64,000 nt of DNA from Cyanophora paradoxa CCMP329 (taxonomy: Eukaryota; Plantae; Glaucophyta), in the NCBI GenBank assembly GCA_004431415.1, contig QPMI01000017.1:124001-188000 (forward strand), in the 5' to 3' direction. Each line of letters opens with the position of its first letter. Position 1 is the stretch's first letter. The notes beneath the pieces were generated by a model. That model saw nothing but the letters and a program-made list of their open reading frames with translations, made no database searches and was not told where the DNA came from. Shown here in pieces: positions 11,897 to 24,078 of this stretch. Both the position numbers and the translations under genes were made by a program.

Positions 11897-12637
11897 GCCC
11901 GGGCAAGGGCAAGGGCGGGGGGCGGGAGCGGGGGGCGCCGCGCCGCGGCCTCGCCCTCTTCGCCCCGCCCTCCCCGGCCCCGGGCCCCGCCCTGGCCTCC
12001 GCCCCGCCCCTGGGCTCTCACCAGGCCGCCTAGCTGCTTCCAAACTCCGATCCACATGTCAATACAGTCTTAAGAATACAAATCAGTCTTACCAGTCTTT
12101 TACAAATAGTCAATATATACGTATACTGATACGGTCGATATCGATGGCTATGGCGCCGGCCAAACAAGCGCACTTGAATATTCCGAAGTTCACGAGAAGA
12201 ACCGCGTACCGTAGTACGGTGCCACGGTGCCGTTCGAATCGGAACTGCCATACCATGCCGTGATCATGATGATGAAAATCTAGCTATAGCTCTATCCGAT
12301 GATCCACACCATGACACACTGTACATGCATATGTGACATCGATCGCGATATATATCCTAATTATTAATTCGAGTTTCGAAACAAAATTGCATCCCGGAGT
12401 CCGATGATCGACACTAATCCGACATGCCATGCTATCGCTGCAGCTGCCTGCCAGCTGCAGGGGCTAGCGCGCGCTGCAGCTGCGAGCACCGGCGCGGAGT
12501 GCTCTGCAGCCGCTGAGCTTCTTTCTGAAACGTTAACCTGTACATGAAACCTGAGAGATGAAGAGAGTTGAAGGATGCGCTGCCCGGGGCCGCTCGCGGG
12601 CCGACGCCGAGGGGAGGGCCACGGGACTCGGGCGGGG

Positions 12638-14209
12638 CTAGGCGACGAAGACGAGGCCGCCCTCTTGAGCCGTGTTCGAGCGCCGCTGCATCGCCCGCCG
12701 CGCGCCCGCCTCCGCCTCCGCCGGCGCCGCAGGCCGCCCCGCCCCGCCCCCGCCGGCGTCCTCGCCCCGGCCCCGCCCCCGCCCCCGCCGCGCTCGCCGG
12801 CGGGTGCTGCAGCAGCCTGCCGCGGCGCGCGGCGCGCCGGGTCAGCCTGCCCTAAAGTATGCCCCGCTGGGAGGCAAGGCGCACCAGGCGGGGAGGTCGG
12901 GGCTCGCGAAGGCGGCGCGGCACGCCTCCGCCCGCCCCGCCTTCACCTCCGTCACCCGCAGCTCCCGCGCCCCGGCCCTGCGCGGCAACGGGCTCGCCGG
13001 GGGCGGGCGGGGGTACAGGAGGGGAGGGGGAGGGGGGGCGCACGCGCGGAGGGCGGCCGCGAGGGGCGCGCTGTCCGCGGCGCTCTGCGGGTCCTGGAAG
13101 ATCCTGCGGGGCGGGGCGGGGGGCGTCGTCGGCGGGGAGGGACGGGGGAGCGGGGGGTACGGCGCGGGCTAGGGCACCAGAGGGGCGTGTCGGCGAGGGC
13201 GGCGGCGGCGCCGGGGAGGGCGGAGGCGGCCCCCACGATCACGGCGGCCGCGAACAGGCCGGGCTGCCTGCGGGGCAATGAGGCCGGCGCGGGGGGGTCG
13301 GCGCCGCGCAGGGCGGGAAAGGCGGCGCACGTGGCGGCGAGCTCGAGGGCGGCGGAGGCGCCGGCGCCCACGCCCGTCAGGTAGAAGCGGGCGGGGTCCA
13401 GCTGCGGGGCGGCGGGGCGGGGCGCAGGTCAGACAGGCGGGCCGGGGGAAGGGGGGCGGGCAGAGGGCGGGGGCGGGGGGGGGGGGGGGGGGGGGATGGG
13501 GGGGGAGGTGGGGGGGGGAAGGGGGGCGCACGGCCTTGCCGCTGTGGCGGAGGTCGCGCTGGAAGGCGGCGAGGAGGGCGGGGAGGCGGGCGGCGGGGTC
13601 CGGGCGGAACCAGGCGTGCACGGGGCTCACCGCCGCCACCTCCAGCAGCGCCGCCTCCACCTCCCTCCTCTGCGCCGGCCCCGGCGCCTCTCAGCCTCGC
13701 AGCAGACAAGGAATTCGAGGAGGGAGGGAGGGGAGCGCCTCGAGGGCCCAGGGGAGGGTCGGCTCGGCCTCGGACGGCTGGGGGATCACCAGGCGGGCCT
13801 CGGGGTCGGCCGGCGCCCCCCGAGCTCGCGGCTCCTCGTCCGCCAGGAAGAGCACCTGCGCACGCCCGGCCCTGAGCTCGAGCTTCGAGATTCGATCCGG
13901 CGCGGGGCGCGGGGCGGCGCACGAGGGGCCAGGGCCCGGGCCCCTCCGGCGTGTACACCTGCGCATGCGCGTACGCGTGCGCGTGCGCGCGTCGGCCGCA
14001 GCTGAGCATGCGCGGGCCGGGCCGGGCGTGGCATGCGCAGCCAGCGCGCGCACGTTCGTGGGGCAGCCTGCGTAGAGGCTGTGCACCCCGAGCAGGAGTG
14101 AGCGAGGAAGGGGCGGCGTGGGCGTGCGGGTCATGGCCCGGCCGCGGGAGCACCTGTGGAAGTGCCTGTGGCCGGATCGGAGGTGCATCGTCTCCACTGG
14201 GGGCGGCAT
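12638..14209 (-). CDS. Alpha/beta-hydrolase-fold protein (predicted peptidase/carboxylesterase-like), multi-exon
   Basis: Spliced motifs VYTPEGPGPWPLVLFL, LDPARFYLTGVGAGASAALELAA, PGLFAAAVIVGA, ALADTPLWIF and AAFASPDLPAW follow the family pattern DxxRIYLTGxSxGG...PxLFAAAV...PIWxFHG. Confidence 0.7.
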
Positions 14210-15035
14210 TTTGAGGTTTAGAGGTTTAGGGTGGACTGATCTAAATGAGAGCCTGCTCGCTGCGCCGACTGCGCTGAAGCTCGAGCTCGCCGGGGATGTG
14301 TTCGGCCGCGGCGCGGCGCCGGCCTGATCGGGGGCGCCGAGGAGCGGGGGGTGCTGTGCGCTCTGCCGCGGCGCAATAGGACTCCGTACGCGCACGGATT
14401 CGATGGGCCGATGAGGCTGCGCCGCGGCGGGCCGGAGCTTCACCTGCGCCGGAGCTTTTGAAGTTGGGTGGGCGCGAGCGCGCTTCTCCGGATCCACAGC
14501 GTAATAGCTAGCTGGCTCCTTTACGAAAACAGCGCAGCACGCCTTCTTCTAGATCTTCAGGCTTCTTGCGCGTCGGCGCGGCGCGGCGAAAGAGCCCTAG
14601 CCCAGAGTCTCGACCCTCGAGGTCGAAGTTGCCTGGGAGCTTGCATGTGTGGGTGATCGCGATGGATCCGGGGACGTCGACCAGGATCAGGCGCCCACAA
14701 TGGCCCCACATGCATGCATGCACGTGCGCAAGCGCATGCGCAGCAGCTGCGATCGTGCGATCTGGCCAGGAACCCAGGACCACGAACGCGCGTTTAAACC
14801 GCCAGGATCCGCACCCACGGCCGGAGCCACAGGAGCCGCGCCCCCCGCCAGCTGCCAGGCCAGGCCAGGCCCACGCAAACGCGGGCGCGGGTGAGCTCTT
14901 CTAAGCGGCAAGACGCCCGGGATCCCCGCCGGCCAGGTCGCGTTGCCACCTCGAGAAAAAGCCGGATCGATTTTCGTTCGCTGCAGCTAGGGGAAAAAGG
15001 TGCGCCTCCTGTATCCTGCTAATGGGGCGCGGCGG

Positions 15036-16297
15036 CTACGCAAGCCGTTCGGCGTAGCGGAAGGGGTCCTCGACCGACTGCGCGGCCGGTCAGGGGGGTA
15101 CGCGGGCAGCGTCCGGCTCGAGGCGGCACCTTGGTGACGCAGACGAGGGCGAGGATGCAGTCCATGACGAGGAGGAGGACGGAGAGGGCGCTCAGCACGC
15201 CCGAGATCCTTGCCCCGGGTGCGCGTCAGGGGGTACGAGGTAGGCGGGGGGGCGGGCGGGCGGACCAGGGGTACTGGCGGATGCCGTCGCGGGTGAAGTT
15301 GTGGAAGGCGACGAAGCCGTCGATGTCGCTCCGTATTTGCGGGATGCCCTTCACGCCTGCCGCGGGGGGCTCGGCGCCGGCGGGAGGGAGGGCGGGGGCC
15401 GGGGTCCGCACTGTACGCGAGGACGCCGGAGAGGGAGAGGACGAGGGCGACTGCCGGCCCCGAGCGTCAGAGAGGGCTGCGGCGCGCTCGCCGCTGCGGC
15501 CGGGCGGCGGGGGCGCACGGAGGGTCATGACCGCGAGGACGATGGCCGGCGGGCGCGGCTTCTCCGCGCGCGCGACGTAGAAGCCCATCCTGCGCGGGCC
15601 CGGTGGGCGCGAGGGATCCCGCGCGCAGGCTCGCTCGCGCCCCGTTCCAGCGCACCCGAAAATGACGACGCAGAGGACGGCGACGATGAGGAGGCTGCGC
15701 GTGCGGCCGGCCGTCGTCGGCGGGCGCTGCAGGCGGGGGCGGGGGGGAGGGGCGGGGCGGCGCACGCGGAGAAGGAGAAGACGCCGACGTCGTACAGGGC
15801 CTTGCAGTCCTTCGCCCCGAGGCCCTCGATGAACCCGTGCCGGCACTCGCTGTAAGAGATCGAGTACTGCGCGGCGCGGCCGCGCGTCAGGCCGGCCGGC
15901 GCGGGCGCCCGCGGATCGCGCGCGGCGGTACCTTGCGGGCCAGCGACACGTTCTGCACCGGCGAGAACGCGACGGTGAAGCGCAGGAAGCCGTAGAACGC
16001 GGTGTAGTCGAACTGCTCTGTGGTTCTGCGCCGCGGGACCGCTGTCAGCCGCGGGAGCGGCGCGAGGCGTCGAACTTCGAGAGCTAAGCGCACGTCGTGT
16101 TGCCCTCCGTGAAAGGCCGCTCCACGTGGCCGACGACCTGCTGCCGCGTCAGGCGGCCGCCCGTATCGGACCCGCGGTCGGAGCCAGCGAACCTTGTACA
16201 CCTTCTGCACGCCGAGCGACGCGCAGACGGCGATGAAGGTGAAGGCCGCGAAGATCGCAACCGCGTGCGCGATGCCGCTGCCGCCGTGCTGGCCCAT
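15036..16297 (-). CDS. Claudin/PMP22-like 4-TM membrane protein (paralogue 1), multi-exon
   Basis: TM1 (IAHAVAIFAAFTFIAVCASLG), an extracellular loop with FYGFLRF and two Cys, further hydrophobic exons, and a C-terminus EDPFRYAERLA*. Confidence 0.7.
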
Positions 16298-16570
16298 CTG
16301 GACGAGGTACTTGCTTTCGGTTTACTCCTCTTTCGCTCCGGCTCTCACAGCTGGCCCGGAAATGCGACCTGTGCTTGCTCAGGCTGCAAACGAAACTGGC
16401 CGGCGGCCGGCGGCGGCTCGGTACGAAGTCGAGGGTCTTTGCTGCGAGGGGGGAAGCCGCGGCAAGGGGGTAGACTCAGTCGGCGCAAGCTGGATCGCTC
16501 CGAACGCAGCCTCGACCTCCGCCGCAGCGGAAGTCTGAATCGGAAGACTTGGTCTGAGCCCGCCTACACA

Positions 16571-17983
16571 ATGCCTGGTTCGAAAGTCCGCCCCCGAGGT
16601 GCGGCCGGTCCGTTAACACGCCTGCGTGGCCCTGCTGCGCAGCCCTCACCACCACCGCCCGCGTTGCGGCTCTTTTCGGGTTCCTGACGGCCCTTCTGTA
16701 CATCATTGCCCTCGGCATCCACGTGCGTTTTTAACCCCGAACCTTCCCGCGCCGACGCCTACGAGCCCGAAATTTTCGCCGCCGCTTCGCCTTCGGCCAT
16801 GTCCTGATTCGCTTTTCGACCACTACAGAACAAGTGGTACACCGTCGAGCTCCCGAACGGCCAGGTTTCCGTCCGTGTCGACAGTGCGCCGATTTGACCG
16901 ACTCACCGGCGGCTGCCGGCCGCTGGCCGCCATAGGAGCGTTTTCGTTCGATCGGAAGCGTTGATTTCGGCTTTCGCAGACCAGATCCAGTACCGCCCGG
17001 GCAAGCTTAACGCGAACTATGGCCTGCTCCGCTACACCGAGACCGTGCGTCACTTCTCGGCTGCCGTGACCTTCGATCTTTTTCGCTAACTCCTATCCTC
17101 AGGTCGAGGCTAAGGACTTCGACCCGGCCACCAAGCCCGTGAACACCGAGTTCTGGTACAAGGACTGCTCTGTGCGTTGCAATCCAGCTCCTTGCGTCCT
17201 GATAGCACGCTGACGCCTCAAGCAGGAGGTTGCCGCTGTTGCCTCGGACTCGCCCTGCTTCTACATCTTCAAGGAGAACCTGACCACGAAGTGCGGTCTG
17301 CGGGGCACCGCGGACAGGGGCGTTTCTGAGCGTTTTCCAGGACCCTGTACCTCGCTGGCGGCGTCACCATGGCGACCACCATCATCGCGATCATCCTCCT
17401 GGTCCTCGCCTTCATCTTCGCCCTGGTGCGCGGGGCGGAGCTCCCGGGTGTCGCTCGCCCTCACCCGCCCGCCCGCCGCAGGTCACCAGCAACTCGCGCG
17501 CCCCCAAGAGCCCGGCCAGCGCTTCTCTCGCCCTTGCCATCCTCTCCTTCGTGCTCGTCATCGTGCGCCGCCCCGCCCCGCATTCGGCGCCTTCTCGCTG
17601 AGCGCCGCACCTGTAGATCGGCGCCATCGCCTTCTTCTACTACTTCATCCGCGAGTACAACTCGGCCCTGATCGTCGGCGACAACACCTCGTGGAACCGC
17701 GGCGGCAAGAACGGCGGCGGCGTCTCGGCCTGGCTCTTCGTTGCTGGTGCGGCCCCGCATCTGAGCTCGAGCTGCCCGCGCCCCCGCTCCCTCCCCTTCT
17801 GACACGGGGCGGCGGCGCAGGCATCCTCTTCAACCTGATCACCGTCGTCGTCGCCGCGGTCACCTACTCCAACGCCAAGGAGATGGGCTCGTCCTACACC
17901 CAGGTCCGCCCCGGCTCCCTTCATTCGCTCCAGCGCTGCTTCTTCAGGGACCTGACGCGCCCTTCCCGCAGCGCCTCCCGTAA
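16571..17983 (+). CDS. Claudin/PMP22-like 4-TM membrane protein (paralogue 2), multi-exon
   Basis: Spliced MPALTTTARVAALFGFLTALLYIIALGIHNKWYTVELPNGQ...NYGLLRY...C...C, three more TM segments, ending MGSSYTQRLP*. The W...GL...C...C loop is typical of the claudin superfamily. Confidence 0.75.
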
Positions 17984-18207
17984 ATGGGCCCAGCGCGGCC
18001 GCGCTCGGCGACTGTGCGGCACCAGTTCGGTGCCTTCGCGCCCCAGCATTGAGCCAGCAATCGATTGCTCGTATCAAACCATCGTGCACTGTTGTACCGA
18101 TTAAGCGCGTGTTGTGAGAATGTCAACATTGCTATGCACTCGCGGATCGGGCGGGGGGCGGGGCGGGGGTCTGGCTGCGTCGCTGGCGCGGAGGCGAGCC
18201 ACCGGTG

Positions 18208-20021
18208 TCACAGGAAGGACGGGGCGGCCTCCTCCTCGGCCGCCGCGGCATCGAGGTCGTCCCAGGCGTGGAGGAGCTCCTCGGGGGCCGCCGCCGCCAG
18301 CGCCCCGCCCTCCTCCTCCCCCGCCTCGGCGGAGAGCAGGGAGGCGAGGGGCTCCTTCAGCAGGGCCTCCCAGAGGCCCCCCGGGGCCTTCTCCGCTTGC
18401 GGCTCCTCCTCCTTCCCCGCCGCCCCCGCCTTGCCCGCCTTGCCCTTGCCCTCCCCTGCCTTCGCCTTGGCAGCCTTGGGCCCCTCCTCCTCCTTTTCCG
18501 CCTCCTCCGCCTCCTTTTCCTTGGCGGCCTTGGCGCGCTCCTCGGCGGCAAGCTCGTCCATGGTCTTGCTGGTCTTCTCCTTGATGCCCTCCTTGATGGT
18601 CACCTCGAGCTCGACGTCGTTCACCCTGCGCATGCGCCCGCCCGCTCGCGCCCGGCTCGCCCGCACTGGGGGGGGCGGCCGCGCGCACTCGACGCCGTAG
18701 GGGACCGTGAGGGTGTGCTTGACGGGCACGCCGGGGACCCGCCCTGCGTGCCGCCCGCGGCGTGAGCACAGACCAGGCCGGCCCGGTCGCCCCGTGGCGC
18801 GCGCACCCGGGGTCTCGAAGGTGACCTTCTCGCCGGGGCGCTTGGAGCCGGCGGGGACGGTGAACGTGTACGTCCTGCCGCGCCGTTGGCCTCAGCTCGG
18901 GCCGGGAGCGGAGGCGAGGAGGGGGCGGGGCGCTCGCACCCGGGCTTGGGGACGGCGGGGCACGGAGCCGGCGAGCACGTCCCGTCCTCTGTTGCCCCGA
19001 AGTGAGCCCCGGGGCCGGAGGCCGGGCGGGGCTGGGGCGCGGACCCTCGAGGAAATTCTGGGCGTACTCGAAGACGCACATGACGCCCATCTCCTTGTGC
19101 GGCCCGCACTCGATCCCGATCGCCTGCCGCCGCCCTCGGGCGCCGCCCCGGGGCCGCGGCGCAGAGCGGAGCGCACGTTGTAGTCCATCTCGAAGACGTT
19201 GAGGCGGTGCCCGCGGTCCGGGATCCCGTCGTCGATGATTAGAAGCTGCACGATCTCTGCGCCGTGCGCGTGGGGCACCGTCGGCCCCCGCCCGCCCTCT
19301 CCCGCAAGCCGCGGCGCGGGGCGCACCCTTCGGCGTGACGGACTCGTCTCCGAAGAAGCTGCGGGGAGAGGGCGAGGCTCAGTGGGGGTGCCGAGGCCGG
19401 GGTGGGCGGGGGGCAGGGGAAGGGCACATGTTCTCGCCCTGCGCTCGCGGGCGGGGGAAGGGGGTCAAATACTGGCCGGGGGGCGTCGGCGGGACCCGCA
19501 GAGGGCGGGGGGCGTACGGCTCTTTGGAGGACGTCCCCGTGGCGCTCCATGCGATCAAATGGGTCGCTGTTGTCGCTGCCGTCATGTCCTTTCAGGCCTG
19601 CGCCGGCGCGCGCAGCGCGAAGGTCAGCCTCGGCGGGGCAGGATCGGCTGCTGCTGGCTCGGCACGCGCGCACCCTTCGGCCCGAGGTCCTTCACGTGGT
19701 CGGCGGCCGCGGCGTCGAGGCCGGGCGAGAGGACCTCGATCGGCGGCACCGCCGGCTGGGACTTCAGGAACTCAATGGCGTCCTCCACCTGCACAGGCGT
19801 CGGCCCGGCGGCGACGCGCGGCTCGAGGTCCCTCCCAGCCGCAGCGACTAGATGCGCACGGCCGCCTTGCCCTCGTGCGTTCTCGCGTAGCTGCCGTCGC
19901 TCCACTTAAAGAGCTTGCCGCTGAACTTCGGGAGCAGCTCCTGCAGAGCCCTCCGCATTCGGCTGGGATGCTCGCGCGCCTCATTCAGTTCGTCGAAAAG
20001 CTTCTGCTCGAGCTTCTCCAT
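18208..20021 (-). CDS. CAP/SCP-domain protein with acidic/Lys-rich C-terminus (additional 5' exons possible up to ~20334)
   Basis: Exons encode LFDELNEARE, DAIEFLKSQ, GLDAAAADHVKDLG, GHDGSDNSDPFDRMERHG, GENM, LIIDDGIPDRGHRLNVF and IGIECGPH, which are characteristic CAP motifs. Confidence 0.85.
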
Positions 20022-20365
20022 CTCGACGTCGTCCCCAGCGGCGCGGGCCGCGCGGGCTGCAGCTGGCTTGGCTTGACCGGTACCGGCCGGCGGCTGTTTG
20101 GATCGGACGAGGTTCCCGGCAGCGCGGCTCGAGGAAACGTGCTATCTACCGTCAGGGGCCGTCGGCAGGACGTCGACGGCGTACGCGTACCGCGCCGTCG
20201 CCCGCCGTCCAACCGCCGAGCCCGTTGTGAGCAAATGATCTAGCTCCGATAAGCGCGGAACGGCCGGCGGGGGTGCTGGCCCGCGAATTGTGGAAACCTT
20301 GGGGTACGCGAGCGTTTATCGGAGTGGGGTACATTGCGAGTTTCGAAGCGGGGTCCCTGTCCAAG

Positions 20366-21543
20366 ATGGCGGGAGGGCCGAGCGCGCCAGCGCTGGCCCG
20401 GATAGCAGGTCTTCTCGCATTCTTCGCGTTCGGAGCCCTGGTCTGCAGCGCGGCTCTCAACGCTTCTCTCTGGAAGACCTCCATCTTCAACGTGCGCAAT
20501 ACAGTCAATCTGCAGCGCTTCAGATGCTCACAGCGGCCCAGGTCAAGTTGGTCGGCACGACCGCCAACGGGACTCTCACAGTGAGGAGGTCGTTCGGATT
20601 CGCGAAGGCGAGAGGCTCGATAACCGAGACGACGGCCGAGGTTTTCGCTCCCGCGGACCCTCTGCCCGCGAACGCGTCGCTGCCGTCGAACGGCACGTCG
20701 GCGAGCACCTTCAAGCTGGCCGAGCCCTCTGCAATCACGCATTCGACGTCGGAGGAAGTGTTTTCAGCGGTGCGCGCCCAGTTCCGCGCATCCTTTCCAC
20801 CGCGTTCAACTTACACTCCTGCAGACGAGCCCATCCAGTCGATTGAAGTTCCTCGCAGGTGCGCTCGCACAAACGCACTGCGCGTCGATGGCATTGCGCT
20901 GTGCAGTCGCCCCTGAGACGTGCGGCAGGCGGCGCGACGGCGCTGGCGGGTATCTTCGCGGCCGTGTCCCTGATCCTCGTAGCTGTGGTACCCACGAGCC
21001 GCGCTCGCCCTTGCGCGCGCCCGTTACTCATCCCGCGCGTAGATTAGCACGGCTGCGGCAGACATGAAGGAGCCGCGCCCCGTGCATGCGGCAGCCGTCG
21101 TTTTCTCCGTGTTCGCGTTCCTCTGTGCCGCCGCCGGCATCGTCTGCTACGGTGCGGCCGCCGCCCGCCCCACGCTTCCTCCGCCCCTCTGATCGACCTC
21201 CCGCGCAGCCGTCTTCTTCCGCCACGTACGACCTGCATCCCCCGTGCGCGCGCTGCAGCTCAGCTGACAATTCTGCAGGACGTGATCAGCAAGGACGTGC
21301 CGAACATGCGCCTGAAGTACTTCAAGGGAGACGCGAAGGTGGAGGAGACGATGTACGTCGGCATCCCCGGCTGGATCGCGTTGAGCGGGTCCGCACCCGC
21401 CCCCGCCCTTGCCGCCCCGCCCCGCCCCGCTTTGCCGCGCGCTGACGGCGGGCAGCTGCCTGCTCACGACGCTCGTGCTTCTGGTTGCGTCGCTGGCACT
21501 CGCCAAGGCGCGGCAACCCAAGTTCATCCAGCGCCTCCCCTAG
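20366..21543 (+). CDS. Claudin/PMP22-like 4-TM membrane protein (paralogue 3), multi-exon
   Basis: MAGGPSAPALARIAGLLAFFAFGALVCSAALNASLW..., loop with SFGF, three more TM exons, ending KFIQRLP*. Confidence 0.7.
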
Positions 21544-22210
21544 CCCCCGCCTTCGAATCCCGCTTCCCTCGCACCCAAATCTACCCCCCGGTTCCAGCTT
21601 GACACCCCTCCCTCCCTCGCGCGCCACGCGGCGACATGCCACCCTGCGCACCATTTCATCCCAGCGACCCTCTTCCGGGCAGCCCCCCGCAGCGCCACAG
21701 CTCGTGGCAGGGCCTTTCACAGACCAGCAGCGTTTTTGATCGATTAGCGAGTTCGGATATTTCAAAGTTTCCATATTGATGCAGCCAGGCATCTGCTTGA
21801 ATGCGATCCACACCGTTTGAGTGCCGAAAGCGCTTCTCCCGATCGCGCGCCGACTACAGGAGCTTTGCGCGCCGGCCACTCGAATCGAATTCGAATTCGG
21901 GCTAGCCTGACAGCTTTCGGCAGCCGGCGCCGGCAACGCTGCCTTCGCCGCAGTCATTGCGCGTGCAGAAGAGCGCATAGCTATATAGCTTATATTAGTA
22001 CGCGGCGCCGGGCCGCATCATCAGGCGGCATGCTGGCGCGTGGCGCACAGGTATACGTACCCCTTTTCGCGGCCAGCCCGGCTAGCTCCACGACAATTTG
22101 AGCTGCGTATGCTGCGGATCGGCTGATCTAATCGCTACAGCCGCTTCTCAGCGGCACGTTGAGCGCCCATCGCCGCGCTGAGGCAAAGCGACCGGGCAAT
22201 TACGAGCGCG

Positions 22211-23478
22211 ATGGCGGGCCACCTGTACATCATCGGCTTCGACGGCGTGCTCTGCGACACACAGGAAGAGTGGCTGCAGAGCGGCTGGCGGGCCGCGAAC
22301 CGTGTGTGGCCCACAGTCTTCGCCGACAAGAAGGTGCGGGCGGCCCTGTCTGCCCGCCCCGCGCCGCCGACGTCCGGCCGCCGCGCACAGATTGAGGACT
22401 ACGCGGACCGCTTCCGGGCGTGCAGGTCGGCCGCTCGCGTCGCTGTCGCCCTCGCTCGAATCGACGTGTGCCGCTGTCAGGCCGATGCTGCAGTTCCCGA
22501 ACGAGTCCATCGTGCTCCTGCGGATGCTCGTCGACGGGCGGGATCCAGAGGAGATCCAGACCAACTTCGGCCTCGCCGTGCGCTCGCTCCGCCCGCCCTC
22601 TTGGCCCGGCCGCCCGGCGCCGCCGTTGAACGCGGGGGCGCAGGTCCTGAAGTGGACGTGGACGCTGAAGGAGAACGACCTGGCGTCGATAGCGGGGCGG
22701 GAGGCGCTCATGTACGTCATGGCCCAGGTCCGCGACGACTGGATCCAGGAGGACCCCGCCGGGTGCGCGCGCGCTCGCGCGCGCCGGCCTCCTCGTCGCC
22801 CCGCTCACGCGGCGGGGCAGGTGGCTCGGGCTCTCGCGGTTCTACCCGGGGGCCCTGGACGCGCTGCGCTTCGCGGAGGCGGAGGTGATCGTCGCGACGG
22901 GCAACGAGCGCCGCTTCGCGCAGCTCCTCCTCCGCTCCCAGGGCCTCGAGCTCCCCGACGGTGCCCTGCCCCTGGCCACGCGTCCAGCCGCTTGCCTCTC
23001 CGGCCCGCTGAACCTGCGGCTGACGCCGGGGGGCGGGCAGAGCGGGTGCTGGAGCTGCAGAGCGGGGAGGACCGGGCGCAGGCGGTGGACCGGATCTGCA
23101 GGGAGCGCGAGGGCCGCGCGGGCTTCGTGGTGCACCTCGTGGACGACCGGCCGGAGACGGTGATGGACGTCGAGGACCGGACGCGGGACCGGCGGGGCGA
23201 CCCCAAGAAGGAGGAGCCCGACTTCATCACGCAGCTCATGGCCCTCTCCGGCGCCAACGACAGTGCGCCGCTGGGCGGGGCGCGCGGGCGGGGCGCGGGC
23301 GCTGAGCCCAGCCTGGCCGCCGGGCGGCGCAGAGCGGAGGGAGGAGGGCTGGGAGGAGTGCACGGAGCTGCTGTGGGCGGAGTGGGGCTACGCGACGCCC
23401 GCCCAGCGGGCCAAGGTCGAGGGCCACCGCCGCGTCAAGGCCCTCTCCCTCCCCGACTTCTCCTCCAAGATGCTCTGA
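22211..23478 (+). CDS. HAD-superfamily hydrolase-like protein of the cyanobacterial/plant type, multi-exon
   Basis: Motifs IGFDGVLCD, RDDWIQEDPAGWLGLSRFYPG, VATGNERRFA, HLVDDRPETV and WAEWGYAT match the LDFDGVxCD...FVEDR...LAxWGYN family. Possible 1-nt indel near 23340. Confidence 0.8.
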
Positions 23479-23570
23479 GGGGCGCGGGGGCGTGGGGGCG
23501 CCCGCTCGCCCGCTTCCATACTAGGCCTCGCCCTCTGTGTTGGGCGAGGCGCATGCAGCTGCGCATGCAG

Positions 23571-23935
23571 TGCAGGAAACCCGCAAGAGCTGCAACGCGG
23601 GCGGTGGTGGGGTAGGCTCCATAGCCGGGTCAGACAGACGTTTTAACGGAACGGCGGGGCATCTCGAGCTCGAGCGTGTTTTCAAGTTTCGAGGCGCCAG
23701 CCCAGGCATCGAAATCCGCTACGGCGGGAGACGTTTGCTGCGTTTGCTGGGAATGAGAAAGCACGCGTTCTGCTGGAGAAAGCTGCGTACGGCGGGAGAC
23801 GTTTGCTGCGTTTGCGGCACCTCGGGGGCGAACTTTCAACAGGCATATGCATCGTGCACGTGTAGGCGGGCACAGACCAAGTCTTCCGGATCCGGTTCAG
23901 ACTTCCGCTGCGGCGGATGTCCAGGCTGCGTTTCT
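23571..23935 (-). pseudogene. Decayed inverted copy of the promoter and first exons of claudin-like paralogue 2
   Basis: Reverse complement matches ~16503-16686 (CCGCCGCAGCGGAAGTCTGAA...GGAAGACTTGGTCTG...CACCACCGCCCGCGTTGC), with several insertions. Confidence 0.8.
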
Positions 23936-24078
23936 GCGTTAGCTGAGAATGAGAAATCACGTGCTATCTCGGAGCGCGATCTAAACAAGCGTGAACATGC
24001 AAGCAATGAGATCAATTTTTGGGGGGGTTCGAGGCCGGCGGGGTACTGGCGCTTCAAGTCTTCCCGCGTCGCTCAAAA

